Shown here piece after piece: positions 12,488 to 23,990 of a stretch of DNA of 44,675 bases; within the stretch, counting starts at the first letter, position 1; every line of letters starts with the position of its first letter. The notes beneath the pieces were generated by a model, which was given only the letters and a program-made list of their open reading frames with translations, searched no databases and had not been told where the DNA came from. The DNA lies in the NCBI GenBank assembly GCA_032718475.1, contig JAUCBJ010005227.1:1-44675 (forward strand), in the 5' to 3' direction. A program made the position numbers and the translations under genes. This DNA is from Nemertoderma westbladi (taxonomy: Eukaryota; Animalia; Xenacoelomorpha).

Positions 12488-15400
12488 CTACGGCTCAGTG
12501 TTGGCGTTGTCCAACCGAATGGAGGCATCAGACACTGGACAATGAACCGGCCGTTTAGAGGCTGACCTACAACCTCGAAGGCAGAGCAGGGAGGAACGAA
12601 GCAACGCGAAGTTTAACTTGCGCCGGATCCATGTGACGCATTCCGAGTACCTGACCTCGCGTTTGTCCGCGAGCTTCTGTCTCAGGTGCTTAACAAACTG
12701 GCGCGTGGTCGGCGCCATCCCGCCAAAGGCCGAGAATATGAGGGGGATGAAAGTAGAATGTTCCACCTCCCGTATCCTCTCCTCGTACTTAAGAATCTTA
12801 CGATTCTCATGGTGGAGGTGCGCTACGTCTAGGGACATAGCTGCATTTGTTGCCGCCAGCGGGTTAAACATGGACACATCGATGAACGACCGCTGGAATC
12901 GGTTTCCCCAGAAGCCGCTCACAGACACATCCAGCCTTGCCTGCTGGTCCGTCGATGTGGTACGATGGGTGAAAGTTTCACCGGATAACGGCTGGAGCAT
13001 CGGCTCAACAGCAACGTTGTAGGCGACCTCAGTGAGCGAGTTGGCGACGAAATCATGTATCTCATTGTGCCTGATGGAGGGGAAACCTCCAGTTGGGCAC
13101 GACAGGATGTGGGTTGCAGAAAATCACGCCCCACAGGCACAACGAGATGGTAGATTCTTCGGACACCAACCGTAGCGGAGACACACCGCATCCCGGAACC
13201 CTTCTTTACTCAGGTGAGTAACTTGTAGGGTTAGTGGCTTGGAGTTTAACCAAGCTGACGCACCTTTTTCTGTTGTGAGTTCACACAGTTTGCATTGGTC
13301 TTTGGGTAACTGGGCGTATACTTGTTCCCTTTTAGTACGAGATGATGTTATGGACTCCGCCTTCACCTCGGTCACGATCCGTCTCTGTTCAGTCCGCACC
13401 GCTGCCATCGACTCCGCATCTGCGAACGGTTCACAGACTCGGTGCGAGTGGTCGTACTGCGTCTCCACGTCGGAAGGAACCGGGATACCCAATCCGACAT
13501 CCCAAGTTGGGAGGGAGGCTAGTTGGCGTTCAACCGCCAATAGCGACGGCCTGTCGAGCAGTTTGGCGATGAACCGCTGCACCGTCTCCTCCAGCTCCAT
13601 TGCGTTGGGGATGACGCGGGTTTGGAACCTCCACCTGCAGGAGAGCCCGAACGCCAAACCGGCGTACGCGCAGTGAGGGTCCACCGCGGCAATCTCGGCG
13701 AGTCGATCGACTTCCTCCGCGAACTCATCGACTTTCTCCTCGACGTAGCTGGCACAAAATTCCTCGGTACCGATAACGCTGCCGAGTAGCTTGTTGCCCG
13801 TCATATCAATTGTGATGATGGTGTTCGCAAACAATGCCTCCACCTCCACTAACTTATCCGGCTTTACAGTCAGGACACACTTTGACGGGTAGTACCCGTA
13901 CAACGGTCCCCTTGAACACACGATATCAAAGAACTTCCTGAGTTCTCCCAGTCGGCCCCCCGCGTTCCCATCGTCCGCAAACCACTTCTGTTCCACGTTG
14001 CACCCGCGGTCCAGTTCATCTAGGAGTGGCGTTATACCGCAGCCAAACATCGGCATCGCCACCGGGTCTCCTTGGGTGGAACCCTCCTCCGAGTAGAGGG
14101 TTTCCCCGCCGACGAATAGCCATGCTGGTTCACTGTAACAATTAGTTACTATCGTGTGCAGCGCCGGACAGACTAAACCGATGTTATGCAACGTTGCGCT
14201 GCGGTTTAACACATTAAATGCGTTGGTAGCGTCGATCTATAATATGCCATCGCAGTCCTCAGAGGCAAAGGAATCGTTTAAAATGTGTATCGCATGTTCG
14301 ATTCCCGCTTTCTGTCTGAGACACATCTGGACAGATCCACCGACAGCCTGTAAATCTGGCCTGATACACAGCACCATCGCCTTTCCGATTACCCGCCGGA
14401 GCACCTTGCCTATCCCGATTGGGCGGACCCCCGGGTTCTTGTCGAGGGCCAACAGACAAGACGAGAGCAACGCAGACAGCGACCCGGGGGGGGGGGGGGG
14501 ACAACAACCTGGGCTAGACGCTTTGCCAGGTCAGTGATTCTCTCGGACAGCTCAGCTGACGGATTGCAAAACCTTGTCAGAAGGTGTTTCCACCCCTGAA
14601 CGTCCAGGCCAGATGGCCCCGCCGCGTTTCCCTTCATCCGAAGTAAACATGACTGGATGCATGGACCATCCAGTCGTTCGAACACAACGTTATGGAACTA
14701 CGGCGCGCGATCAAACTCTGTCAGTAAAACTGACTCATCCGCAGGTTTCGCAGCGGGGTGTTTCTCACGCAGGACATTGCGGACTACCTATGTTACCCCA
14801 TCCTTGTCGGTAAACGTATCGTCCAGGCGGAGCGGTTTGCCTCTAGTCAGGTCGCGGAGACATCGCGTCGCCGCAGACACATTCACTGTCAACATATTTC
14901 TGACAAACGTTTTCTGGCGCATAACCTCCTGTGAATCGAATTGTCTTAACTTGGGAAGATGCGACTGAATTGCCCAGGCCTCAATAAGTAGCTCATTGAA
15001 ATTACCCACTTTCCAAGATTCTAGTCTACCTTTCTAGAATTCGTCTGTGTATCGCCGTCGTTGATGAACGTCCAGGCTTCTGAAGCAACAGCGCCGGCAT
15101 CAACAACAATGCGGTAAGAGAAACTTCCTGCAGCATGTTGTTGGTGGTGGCTAGAATCAAGATTCGACACATTTCCGCAACGAAAGCCCGCCCCCCAGCC
15201 CCCTGAGGCACTAAGAAAAGGTTGGGCCGCCAGTGAACTATAACACCATAAGCATCCGCGATAGACTTCTCGATATGCTGTTTGGGTAATTTTACATGTG
15301 CCCAGGTAACCTCTGTTGAACCGGTGACACAAGAAGGCCCTGCTATCGGCGCTGGCCCCACTGATGAACCGGTTGGGGGAACCAAGGTGCTAATCCCAGA

Positions 15401-15820
15401 CGCCGGTGAGCCAGGAGGCCTACAACAGGCGCTGGGGGAACCAGGGGGCCGACAACGGGCGCTGAGGGAACCAGGAGGCCAACAACGGACGCTGGGGGAA
15501 CCAGGGGGCCGACAACGGGCGCTGAGGGAACCAGGAGGCCGACAATGGACGCTGGAGGAACCAGGGGGCCGACAACGGGTGCTGGGGGAACCAGGGGGCC
15601 GACAACGGATGCTGGGGGAACCAGGGGGCCGACAACGGACGCTGGAGGAACCCGGGGGCCGACAACGGACGCTGGGGGAACCAGGGGGCCGACAATGCTG
15701 GCTTGATTTGGCTTGAATGGAGTTATCGCCTCATTTGAGGTAGACTCAGTTAAGGTTGTGTCGAAGTCCACCGAGGTGTCGTGCCAATCCGTGTCATCGT
15801 CGTCCCCTTCGTCGCCCGAG
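12488..15820 (-). mobile_element. CRE-clade non-LTR retrotransposon (RT plus C-terminal restriction-like endonuclease), frameshifted, probably 5'-truncated
   Basis: GPSGLD, LDKNPGVRPIGIG, GSTQGDP, WFADD, GASAWL, FRDAVCLRYGW, CACG, ARLDVSVSGFW...IDVSMFNP...KILKYE...FIPLIFSAFGG. A G15 run at 14486-14500 coincides with one frameshift. Confidence 0.85.
15405..15700 (-). repeat. 30-bp coding minisatellite, about 10 copies (PLVPPASVVG)
   Basis: Unit GGGGGAACCAGGGGGCCGACAACGGACGCT on +; in frame in ORF 15343..15771. Confidence 0.95.
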
Positions 15821-17122
15821 GCACTGAGTAGAGCAATACCACAGTAGTTATTTGTGTCTAGACTATCACCTTTCTATTTTATATATGGGGCTAACCAGTG
15901 CTGTTGATCAAGCATGAGGGAAATGTCCGAAATACAGTACAGCATTAAACAAAATTAGGATGGTTGGCAGGAGAGCTTCCTTAGTGTCAATGAAGAACTC
16001 ATTTAGGAGAAGATCTACGCCTGGGGACTTGCCACGCCTCAGTCTGTTAACTGCACAAACAAGCTCCTCCATGGAAATTGGTTGCGAAACTTCACCCTCT
16101 AAAACGGACCTGCTAAACTGAACATCAATTTCTTGTTCCAGCCATATACCAGGTCTACCCGGTCTCCTACACCTGCATGGGACCTGGAAGGTGGGATATA
16201 AACAGCAAGAAGACTTAGGTTGCGGTCAAGGTGTAATTTTTTGAGTCTAGTTTTAAACCTATAATGTATTCGGGGTCCAAGGATTTGAGCTGTATAATTG
16301 CACCGTCATTTTTTGTAAAATTGTTACCCCGCCATCAAAACGTTTAGCTCTGGGATGCTTAGTAGATATAGTTACAGAAAAAGCTTTATAACCAGCCAGA
16401 TATATTCTTTCTCTGTTACAGGACTCATCCAGGTCTCAGTGCAGATAAAAAAATCATATCTATTAATCATAGCACAAAAATTTGAGTCATCTAACTTTGA
16501 ACCACAAACCCTCTACATTCTACATTCAATAAGCCAATCGAAAATCCAGTCTGATAGTTTGATATACGTTGCCCAACAACATGAGATAAATTTTCCGCTA
16601 TACATTCCGTGTATTATTGCCAAGACACAGTCTTAGTCTGAGCAAGGGTATCAATGCGATTCCGAGGCGTACAGTGACGTCACGACCAATCACAGATCAT
16701 TTTCAAATTTTGAATAATTTTTAAACTGAAAACACCAATATCTTCCACCTCGCTGTTGCTGCACATTTCCTTTAAGTTTCAGATCTCTCATTCTCCTGGG
16801 TTCTCAGTTTAGCCATTGCAATTGGTGCATTTGTTTTTCTGACATCCTAATAGTGCCTGCAAATTCCATTACCCAGTCAGCGTGTTGTCTCTGAAATGGT
16901 CTCTTCATTCATTCTCTGCCATCCCACCCTCACACCTTATCGGTGGTGCCTTACCAAGGCCCCTATCAGATGAGGTACTAGTAATATCTGGTGTTAATTA
17001 CTAGCGGGATAGCCTACTCCATTCCTGTCCAATTCCATCTACCTCTGTTATTCCTTTGCCCCATTAAATGTCTGTGTGATTCACCGTATTTACCATCTGG
17101 GTAGTACTTACTTTCTGGTAGT
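15821..17122. repeat. Direct duplication of RTEX-like segments: 15821-16151 = 10057-10387 and 16161-17122 = 11319-12286
   Basis: Near-identical sequence by direct comparison; duplicated antisense ORFs 11456..11800 and 16355..16636. Confidence 0.95.
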
Positions 17123-17265
17123 GCTCACTGGGTAGTGCCTTCTTACTGCTAGTGCTTACTGGGTTGTACTTACTTACTGGTAGTGCTCACTGGGTAGTGC
17201 TTACTTAAATATAGTGCTCCCTGGGTAGTGCTTACTTACTGGTTGTGCTCACTGGGTAGTGCTAA
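17097..17265. repeat. Degenerate ~31-35-bp tandem repeat (CTGGGTAGTGCTTACTTACTGGTAGTGCTCA), about 5 copies
   Basis: Visible periodic CTGGGTAGT/CTGGTAGTGCT motifs. Confidence 0.8.
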
Positions 17266-17599
17266 CTGTGATTATGGGGTCTGTCCGCATCCAACTAGTC
17301 ATCACCCCTTCCCTCATAGTCATTTTAATGATTTAAAGGGACTACGTTGGATCTTCCTTACTGGTTCTAGTTGGTCCACTGAGCACCCAACCAAATGGTT
17401 GGGTGTTGATATGGCAATGGGATCGCTCTCCCTCTGTTCTCCATTGATGGTGGGCCGTCGGGCAGTCCATCCCAACTATATTCGATATTCGTGGTATTTC
17501 CAGTCGTATTGCGAAGTCAATACTCTTCAGATGTGGGTACTTCAAATTTGGATCCTGTTGTGTTGGTCACCATTCCTTTGGATTTCCCGTTTGTAGAAG

Positions 17600-18200
17600 A
17601 CACCTTCACTGGCACCACATTCAGTAGAACTTTTGCCTTTGCCTTCCTTGGGCCAATTGTCATTGCAATTGTCTCCCCAGGTCAGTTTTACTACTGTCTC
17701 AGTATAGGCACACGTCCTTGCTATGTGTCCATGTTTGACACATTTATTACATAGCCTGTGTGTCCATGTATAAAGTCTCCATTCAGATGGAATTTCTTTC
17801 CACTGGCCACAGTGCCTGATGCTATAGCCTTCCTGATGGTGAATCTGGCATTTCTGGCCACTATCTTAGGGCCTTGGTCTAGAAGACTCCCCCCTGGCAC
17901 TGTTATAGCTAGACCCCTCCTCTGTCATTCCAAATGACATTGACTGTAGTCTTTGAGGCATCTCGTCGGACTGGTGATTTTCTTGCCTCGCTGGGAGTTT
18001 GCAGCGGACTACTCTCCCTTCCTGAACTTTGGGACTTCCCGAGTTCGCTCATTGTCTATGCGTTGTCGGTTATCTCGTCATCAGCGTGTCGTCAGTGCGG
18101 TTTTACTGTTTGGTATAGTTTTCCACTGTGACAGGATCCCGGTTGCCAGAGGATCCCAACTAATCGTCTCTGGTGATTGTTCCCTATGCGCGCGTCCTGG
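17600..18200 (-). pseudogene. Degraded ORF1/gag-like region with CCHC zinc knuckle, probably the 5' part of the RTEX-like LINE
   Basis: Minus-strand translation of ~17710-17757 gives RLCNKCVKHGHIARTC (Cx2Cx4Hx4C); it is contiguous with the duplicated LINE upstream region. Boundaries are approximate. Confidence 0.55.
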
Positions 18201-18980
18201 CTAATGGGTGGATAGACTGACTAGGCTTGTTTGTAGGCCATAAAATAACAGAGTTTGTTTGCTAGACGTTTCTATTAATAGGCTGTAGTACAGTGTACCG
18301 GTAGTGCTATAATAATAGCACAGCGTAGCGTATTGTAGTGGTGGAAAACTATTTCACCTTATTACATGGAATAAATGCCAACTGAGTTATAATGCACGTG
18401 ACCAGTAGTATAAAGGGAAATATATTGCCTGCAGGCTAACACGTTTATTGGCCTCCAAGCGATACAATCCTATTGCTGACACATGCAGCCCTCCCATTGG
18501 CTACCTTATATAACGCCATATATATCCCTCCCTTTGGCCCTGCTGGCCTCTACCCACTGAGGTGGATTGTTAATCCACTGCCCAGCTGGTCTTATCGCAT
18601 CCTCCCTTTGTTGGCATAACCTATTGGATACCTTGATGGGCATCTTGTAATTTCTGCCGTGAGCTAATTGTAATTTCTGCCATGGGTTAATTATTTGTTT
18701 TGATATTTGTGGGCCACTGTAAGGAAGAGACAGGTCGCAAGCTTGCTAAAGTGTTGAGTGAGATTAAGAAATGGTTAATCATAATCATATGAAGTTACTT
18801 TATAGTCCTGTAAAGTTATAATATAAATCTTTCATAAATCCTAAAAGTTCTATAAAGTTTCTTAATATTTATTTGTTTAACTTTTGTACAAAAAAATGAT
18901 TAGATCACTACTGTGACTGAAAGGATCACTTTCATAACATAATTATCGGTTGACTATATGGGAACACTTAAATCAACATT

Positions 18981-19289
18981 AGTTCTTTATTCGCGCCTCT
19001 GTCGCTTTATTGGTAGTTCTTTATTCGCGTCTCTGTCTCTTTATTTGTAGTTCTTTATTCGCGTCTGTCGCTTTATTGGTAGTTCTTTATTCACGTCTCT
19101 GTCGTTTTATTGGTAGTTCTTTATTTGCGCCTATGTCGCTTTATTGGTAGTTCTTTATTCGCGCCTGTCGCTGTATTGGTAGTTCTTTATTCGCGTCTCT
19201 GTCTCTTTATTGGTAGTTATTTATTTGCGTCTCTGTCGCTTTATTGGTAGTTTTTTATTCGCGTCTCTGTCGCTTTATTGGTAGTTCTC
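18981..19289. repeat. 34-bp tandem array, about 9 copies (TTCTTTATTCGCGTCTCTGTCGCTTTATTGGTAG)
   Basis: Unit starts at 18983, 19017, 19051, 19083, 19117, 19151, 19183, 19217 and 19251. No spacers. Confidence 0.95.
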
Positions 19290-21244
19290 CCAAGTCCTCT
19301 TCTCGTATCTCACATAGTCGCATGTATGCGCTAGATACATGTCGCAATATCCAGCTTCCGAGATCGTCTAGTCCCGTTGTCCCTGCTGACGTTATTTTAC
19401 TTCCTGCTGTGAATGATTCAAATTTCGTTGGCAGTTCATTTGAGCTCTTATCGTACATAACATTCGGACCCTTTATGTCCTCAAAATCCACAAACATTAC
19501 CCTGTGTATTCAGTCGGTTACACACTGCCAGTAAATATTCAATTCACACAATAAATGCATTGTGTCATTCCTGTCTGTCTCCTTAGCTATTGGACTCTTA
19601 TATGATCAGATCATCATTTAAGACAGATCATCTTATTGCAAACTTCCGCGAAATCCGCATCCTGCATAGAAAATCGATGCTTCATTCAATATTCCCGAGG
19701 ATCACCTGTTTTCCATGGTTTCAATATGCGGTGTGACTCCGAAAATTGAAATTGTATGGTGTGGTGGCATTACTAACACGCCCCAGACAGACGTTTTTAG
19801 GCGGGAAGGTTTGAACTTTAAAATATATTATCTCGGAGTGTCGGAATGATATTTATTATCTTATTCAAATTACTGCTCTTTATTCACTTTTCACTTAAAT
19901 TTATCACTCAAAGTCTTCACGATTTATCACAATTAATCACTCAAAGGCTTCACGATTGAATGCGACATCAGCTGTGTAAACAATTTTCTTTAGTCGTTAG
20001 GCCAGTGAATACTCACAAAGTCTGACGACTTATTTCCAGTGCGGTCCTCCCAGAACTTTACTCCCCAGAGGAAACTCCAGTACTCATTTAGCTACCACTT
20101 AAGGATGCAAGGCAGATAGATATGCGCCTATCTAGACCCTTCAAAGAATTCTAGCCGAAACGAAAACTGACCTGGCCCATGTGAGGAGCGAACCTAAGAC
20201 CCCCAAGAGATGTGAATTCAATGCAACTAAAGGTGGGACTATTGTGTCGTGAATAAACTCCCAGCCACCTCTACAGTACACTACATTGTGTGTTCCTGAA
20301 TAACTCCACATCAGCAATGTTTAGCTTATCTACAAGTGTAGAGAGTGCTGTAGAAATGTACTGTAGTTAAGAGAAGCAAGTACTGCGTCTGGGATAATCG
20401 GGTTTGAATTTGTATAAGGGTAATATACCATTTAGTCTCCCTGATAAAGTGTTTAAGTTAAATAATTTACTGTCAGAGGAGGGTCCTCAAATAGGGAGAG
20501 CAAACCATGATGTCTGCAAGGAGAATAGAAGCTCCTTGTGACCTTGTCTGTCAGATATTTTCCAATTGGTCCATATTGCCCGACCTCAAAATTATTGGTT
20601 TTATTATACATGATTCTATTTTGGGTTGCTTTGATACTTTCGTTTACTGTACTCTCCAGACAAAAAAATGCAAAAATCTGCGAATTAATATGGGTTGAAG
20701 CCCAAACGAAGTGCAATGATTATATGGTGGGGTTATTGTACACAGTAGAAGGAAATATTACGCATCCTGTAATTAGGAGGTACCCATTGTTGTACAAGTA
20801 AAGGAGACAATATTGTGTTAGGAGCTAGGAAGGCCCTTCACAGTCGTGATGAGTTTTCGTAGTTAATGTACACTGTACAGGCGCCTTCAGTAATGTGCTA
20901 ATAGTAGAGTGACCAGATGTTGGAGTTATTGGTTTTATCGGTGTATTTAACATTTCGATATTGGATGGAGGACTTCATTCATAGAGTGCAGTTCTGCATC
21001 AAATATAACCTACTGTATCGGTGTATTTGGTTATTAGTAAGATATATTGGCATTATACGTTGTTCGCTATGTAGATGCAATAACATTATTGGTGTATTGG
21101 TGAGATGTATAGCAGGACTAGTTGATATCAGAAACATTATACTTTGTAAGTCACACAACCGTTCTTATTTTATGACACTCCCTCCAGGGTCTAGACAAAT
21201 CGCTCGACAAGAGTTTCCGACATTCAAGAATCTTCCCCATTAGT

Positions 21245-21900
21245 TAAAATAGGTGACAAAACAATTAAACTCAAACATAAAACAACATTTCTAGGTATAC
21301 ACATAGACAATAAACCATCATGGTAGACACACACTGCATATATCCTTTCAAAAATTTCTAAATCATCTGGAATTAAGTTTTAATTAAGATTGAATCAAGT
21401 TACGTTATGTCATATTAATTTAGATATTTAGTCATATAAATTTTGTTATATATATTTAGTCATATGGTATTCTACTATGGGGAAACACGTATAATACGTA
21501 GATAAATCCTATCAAAATAAAAATTAATAAAATGATACGTGCCATTAGTTTTAACCATTACCAGGCTCACGCTGCACCCATTTACAAATCCCTACAATTC
21601 CTCCCTATCGATTTAGTATATAACCTAGAATTACTGTCAATAAATTTATGTACGCCATCCGAAATGAAACAAAACCGCAAGCACTTCGTCATTATTCCAA
21701 AAGACATCCCAAATACACACCACAATACTCGTTCCCGCTCTGCTGGTCATTATTTTATCTCTTACATTAGACTAGTAGCTGCCCTAAAATCACTTCGGAA
21801 TGAAGGATCTGTAATCTGGAATTCGTTACCACATTGCATCAAATTTAAAAAATCTCTTTCAATTTATAAAAGCACGAAAGACATATCTTTTCTTAAAACT
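21245..21900 (+). pseudogene. 3' fragment of an L2/Crack/CR1-group LINE ORF2
   Basis: TFLGIHIDNKPSW*THTAYILSKISKSSGI, YGILLWGNTY, RAISFNHYQAHAAPIYKSL, HNTRS, GSVIWNSLP. Confidence 0.75.
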
Positions 21901-22027
21901 GTCATAATTTATTACTCAAATTATAATTCTTATTTTCATTTTTCTATTTATATTCCGAAAATGATATGAAAATGTTTATGACATTGTTCTTGAACAGAAA
22001 ATATTTTAGTTCTAGGACATACAATTT

Positions 22028-22258
22028 TATTCTAATAAAGTTGAAGTGAATTTGAAGTCTATTGTCAATAGTTATACTACTTTACCATTCCAATAAATTA
22101 GCACATTCTTAACATTATTGCTAAACATTATTTCAAGGCTTTATTCAATTATATTCTAATAAAGTTGAACCGAATTGGAAGTCACTAGTTATACAACTTT
22201 ACCATTTGAATAAACTAACAGGTTGATAACATTATTGCTTAATATAATTTCAAGGCTT
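22028..22258. repeat. Diverged two-copy direct repeat (~124-bp period) upstream of the FReD gene
   Basis: TATTCTAATAAAGTTGAA...TAGTTATAC.ACTTTACCATT...AACATTATTGCT...TTTCAAGGCTT occurs twice. Confidence 0.85.
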
Positions 22259-22340
22259 GTTGAACTAGGAAAAAAGATACAAGGTTCAAAAAATTTGTAT
22301 TAGATCTAATTAGTACCATTTAAGCGAAGGTTAAGCTAAA

Positions 22341-23797
22341 ATGTCTCGCAGAGGAAGTGCAATATCCGGTTCTGATTTTAGTGATAATGATAGTGTTAAT
22401 GAAACGGGAAAGAGTCAATATCAGTGGACTCCCAGGTCCCGATCCTATGAAAGAGTGGTGTCACACCAACAACGGAGTCCCAGGTACCGATCCAATCAAA
22501 GAGTGGTGTCACACCAACAACGGAGTCCCAGGTTCCGATCCAATCAAAGAGTGGTGTCACACCAACGGAGTCCCAGGTTCCGATCCAATCAAAGAGTGGT
22601 GTCACACCAACAACGGAGTCCCAGGTTCCGATCCAATCAAAGAGTGGTGTCACACCAACGGAGTCCCAGGTTCCGATCCAATCAAAGAGAGATGTCAACC
22701 AAATGGAGTCCCAGGTCTGGGTCCCAACAAAGTGAGGTGTCAACCATATGGAGTCCCAGGTCCCGATCCCCACAAAGAGAGGTGTCACCCAATCGAGTCC
22801 CAAGTCCCAATCCTATAGGAAAGAGCAGAGAGGTGTCAAACCAACATACTCAGGGGTCTCTAAACAGAACTGTGGTCGACATAGAAAGGGAAGTGAATTA
22901 TCATCAAAGAAATGTCGACGCAAATTTATCTAACAGAAAAGAAAGAAGAGAGTCTAACTGCAGTAAAGTTCAACCTAGACGAATGAGAGGTAAGGTTACA
23001 GGTTTATCGACGACCAAAGTCGAACCCTTTACACCAGAGAAACAAAATCAAGAAAGTGAATCCACTCGGACATCCCTTGAGTCCCAAAAAATAACTGGAA
23101 AAGAGGACACAAAAAAACATGCAAAACGCGAACCTACTTCAGAAGAACTTGTTAAAGAACTAATGGGAATTATCCTACAAATATGTTTTGGATTAGTCCT
23201 TCTTGTTTTTCTAATTATATTTGCTGTAGTTCAAATAAGTTGGTGCACAATGTCCATTTATGGTAAACATAATGCGATAGAAGAAGAGTTTGTTAAACAA
23301 CAAGCCGAACAACTTGAGTTAGTATTGCAACTTGATAAAGAACGGGAGTCGTTGGATAAAGCTAAGTTTAGTCTAGCGAATACTATTAGAGAAAAAAGTT
23401 CAGAATTTAATATGCGAGTCTATTGTATCTGAAGTGGAAAATCAACCATACAACATTCAAGAAATTTGTGACATTGAGACAGACGGCGGTCCTTGGGTGC
23501 TAATAATGAAACGTAACAGTGGAGAACTATCATTCGATCACGGCATGGGAGAATATAGGGATGGATTCGGAGATCCGAGTAAAGAGTTTTGGATTGGTTT
23601 CGATTTCTTACAAGAGGTGACAGGACGAAATCCGATTACTTTACGGTTTGATTTTAAGGAGGAGGACGGCGTTGAATACTGGGCTCGATATGATGATTTT
23701 AAGATCCTTGATCTGCGTGATAAACGCGTGACCTTAAATTACAGAGGCGGCACTGCGGGAGATGCCATGTACATCGACTATAAAGATTACCCTACAG
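22341..23797 (+). CDS. Putative first exon of a type II membrane fibrinogen-related domain (FReD) protein, with a +1 frame break at ~23377-23430 (possible pseudogene or assembly error)
   Basis: RS-rich N-terminus, TM segment GIILQICFGLVLLVFLIIFAVVQI, coiled coil, then FReD motifs CDIETDGGPW, EYRDGFGDPSKEFWIG, LRFDF, ARYDDFKI, GTAGDAM. Similarity ends near a candidate donor CAG|GTAAAA at 23797/23798. Confidence 0.7.
22426..22800 (+). repeat. 42/45-bp coding tandem repeat (RSPRFRSNQRVVSHQ(Q)), about 8 units
   Basis: GGAGTCCCAGGTTCCGATCCAATCAAAGAGTGGTGTCACACCAAC repeated, alternating in one CAA triplet. Confidence 0.95.
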
Positions 23798-23880
23798 GTA
23801 AAAAATTATTAATTTTATTGTCATATTGTCAAGCTTGGTTTAAGTAAAGTCTGGGGAAAATGTTATGAACATCAAACTCC

Positions 23881-23990
23881 CGGATCTAGGACACCCCCCC
23901 CCCCCCGGACAGTTTCCCCCCGGACACTTCCCCCCCCGGACAGTTCCCCCCGGACACTTCTCTCCCGTCCAAGTAGGAAACTTCCCCCCG
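23881..23990. mobile_element. Left end of a probable non-autonomous DNA transposon with CCCCCGGACA subterminal repeats, split by the BEL insertion (continues at 43307)
   Basis: GGACACTTCCCCCC-type repeats lie on both sides of the BEL element (23889-23990 and 43307-43336). The other terminus was not identified. Confidence 0.55.

Noticed and set aside
18395-18540. PPT-like and TGG-like motifs bracketing ~120 bp, as a tiny LTR
   Set aside because: No second copy, no TG...CA termini, no coding support.
18981-19289. 34-bp repeats as a CRISPR array
   Set aside because: Head-to-tail units with no unique spacers, no cas genes, eukaryotic context.
20173-20204. tRNA-like 3' half on minus (GGTTCGCTCCTCACATGGGCCA)
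   Set aside because: No convincing 5' half or cloverleaf; at most a decayed SINE head.
21336-21348. GCATATATCCTTT matching the BEL PBS region
   Set aside because: It lies within LINE coding sequence (AYIL) and is treated as chance; kept as a caveat for the self-priming claim.
22357-22818. Alternative-frame repeat ORFs (GVPGSDPIKEWCHTN and its antisense)
   Set aside because: Open only because the repeat unit lacks stops; the RS frame is the one continuous with the TM segment.
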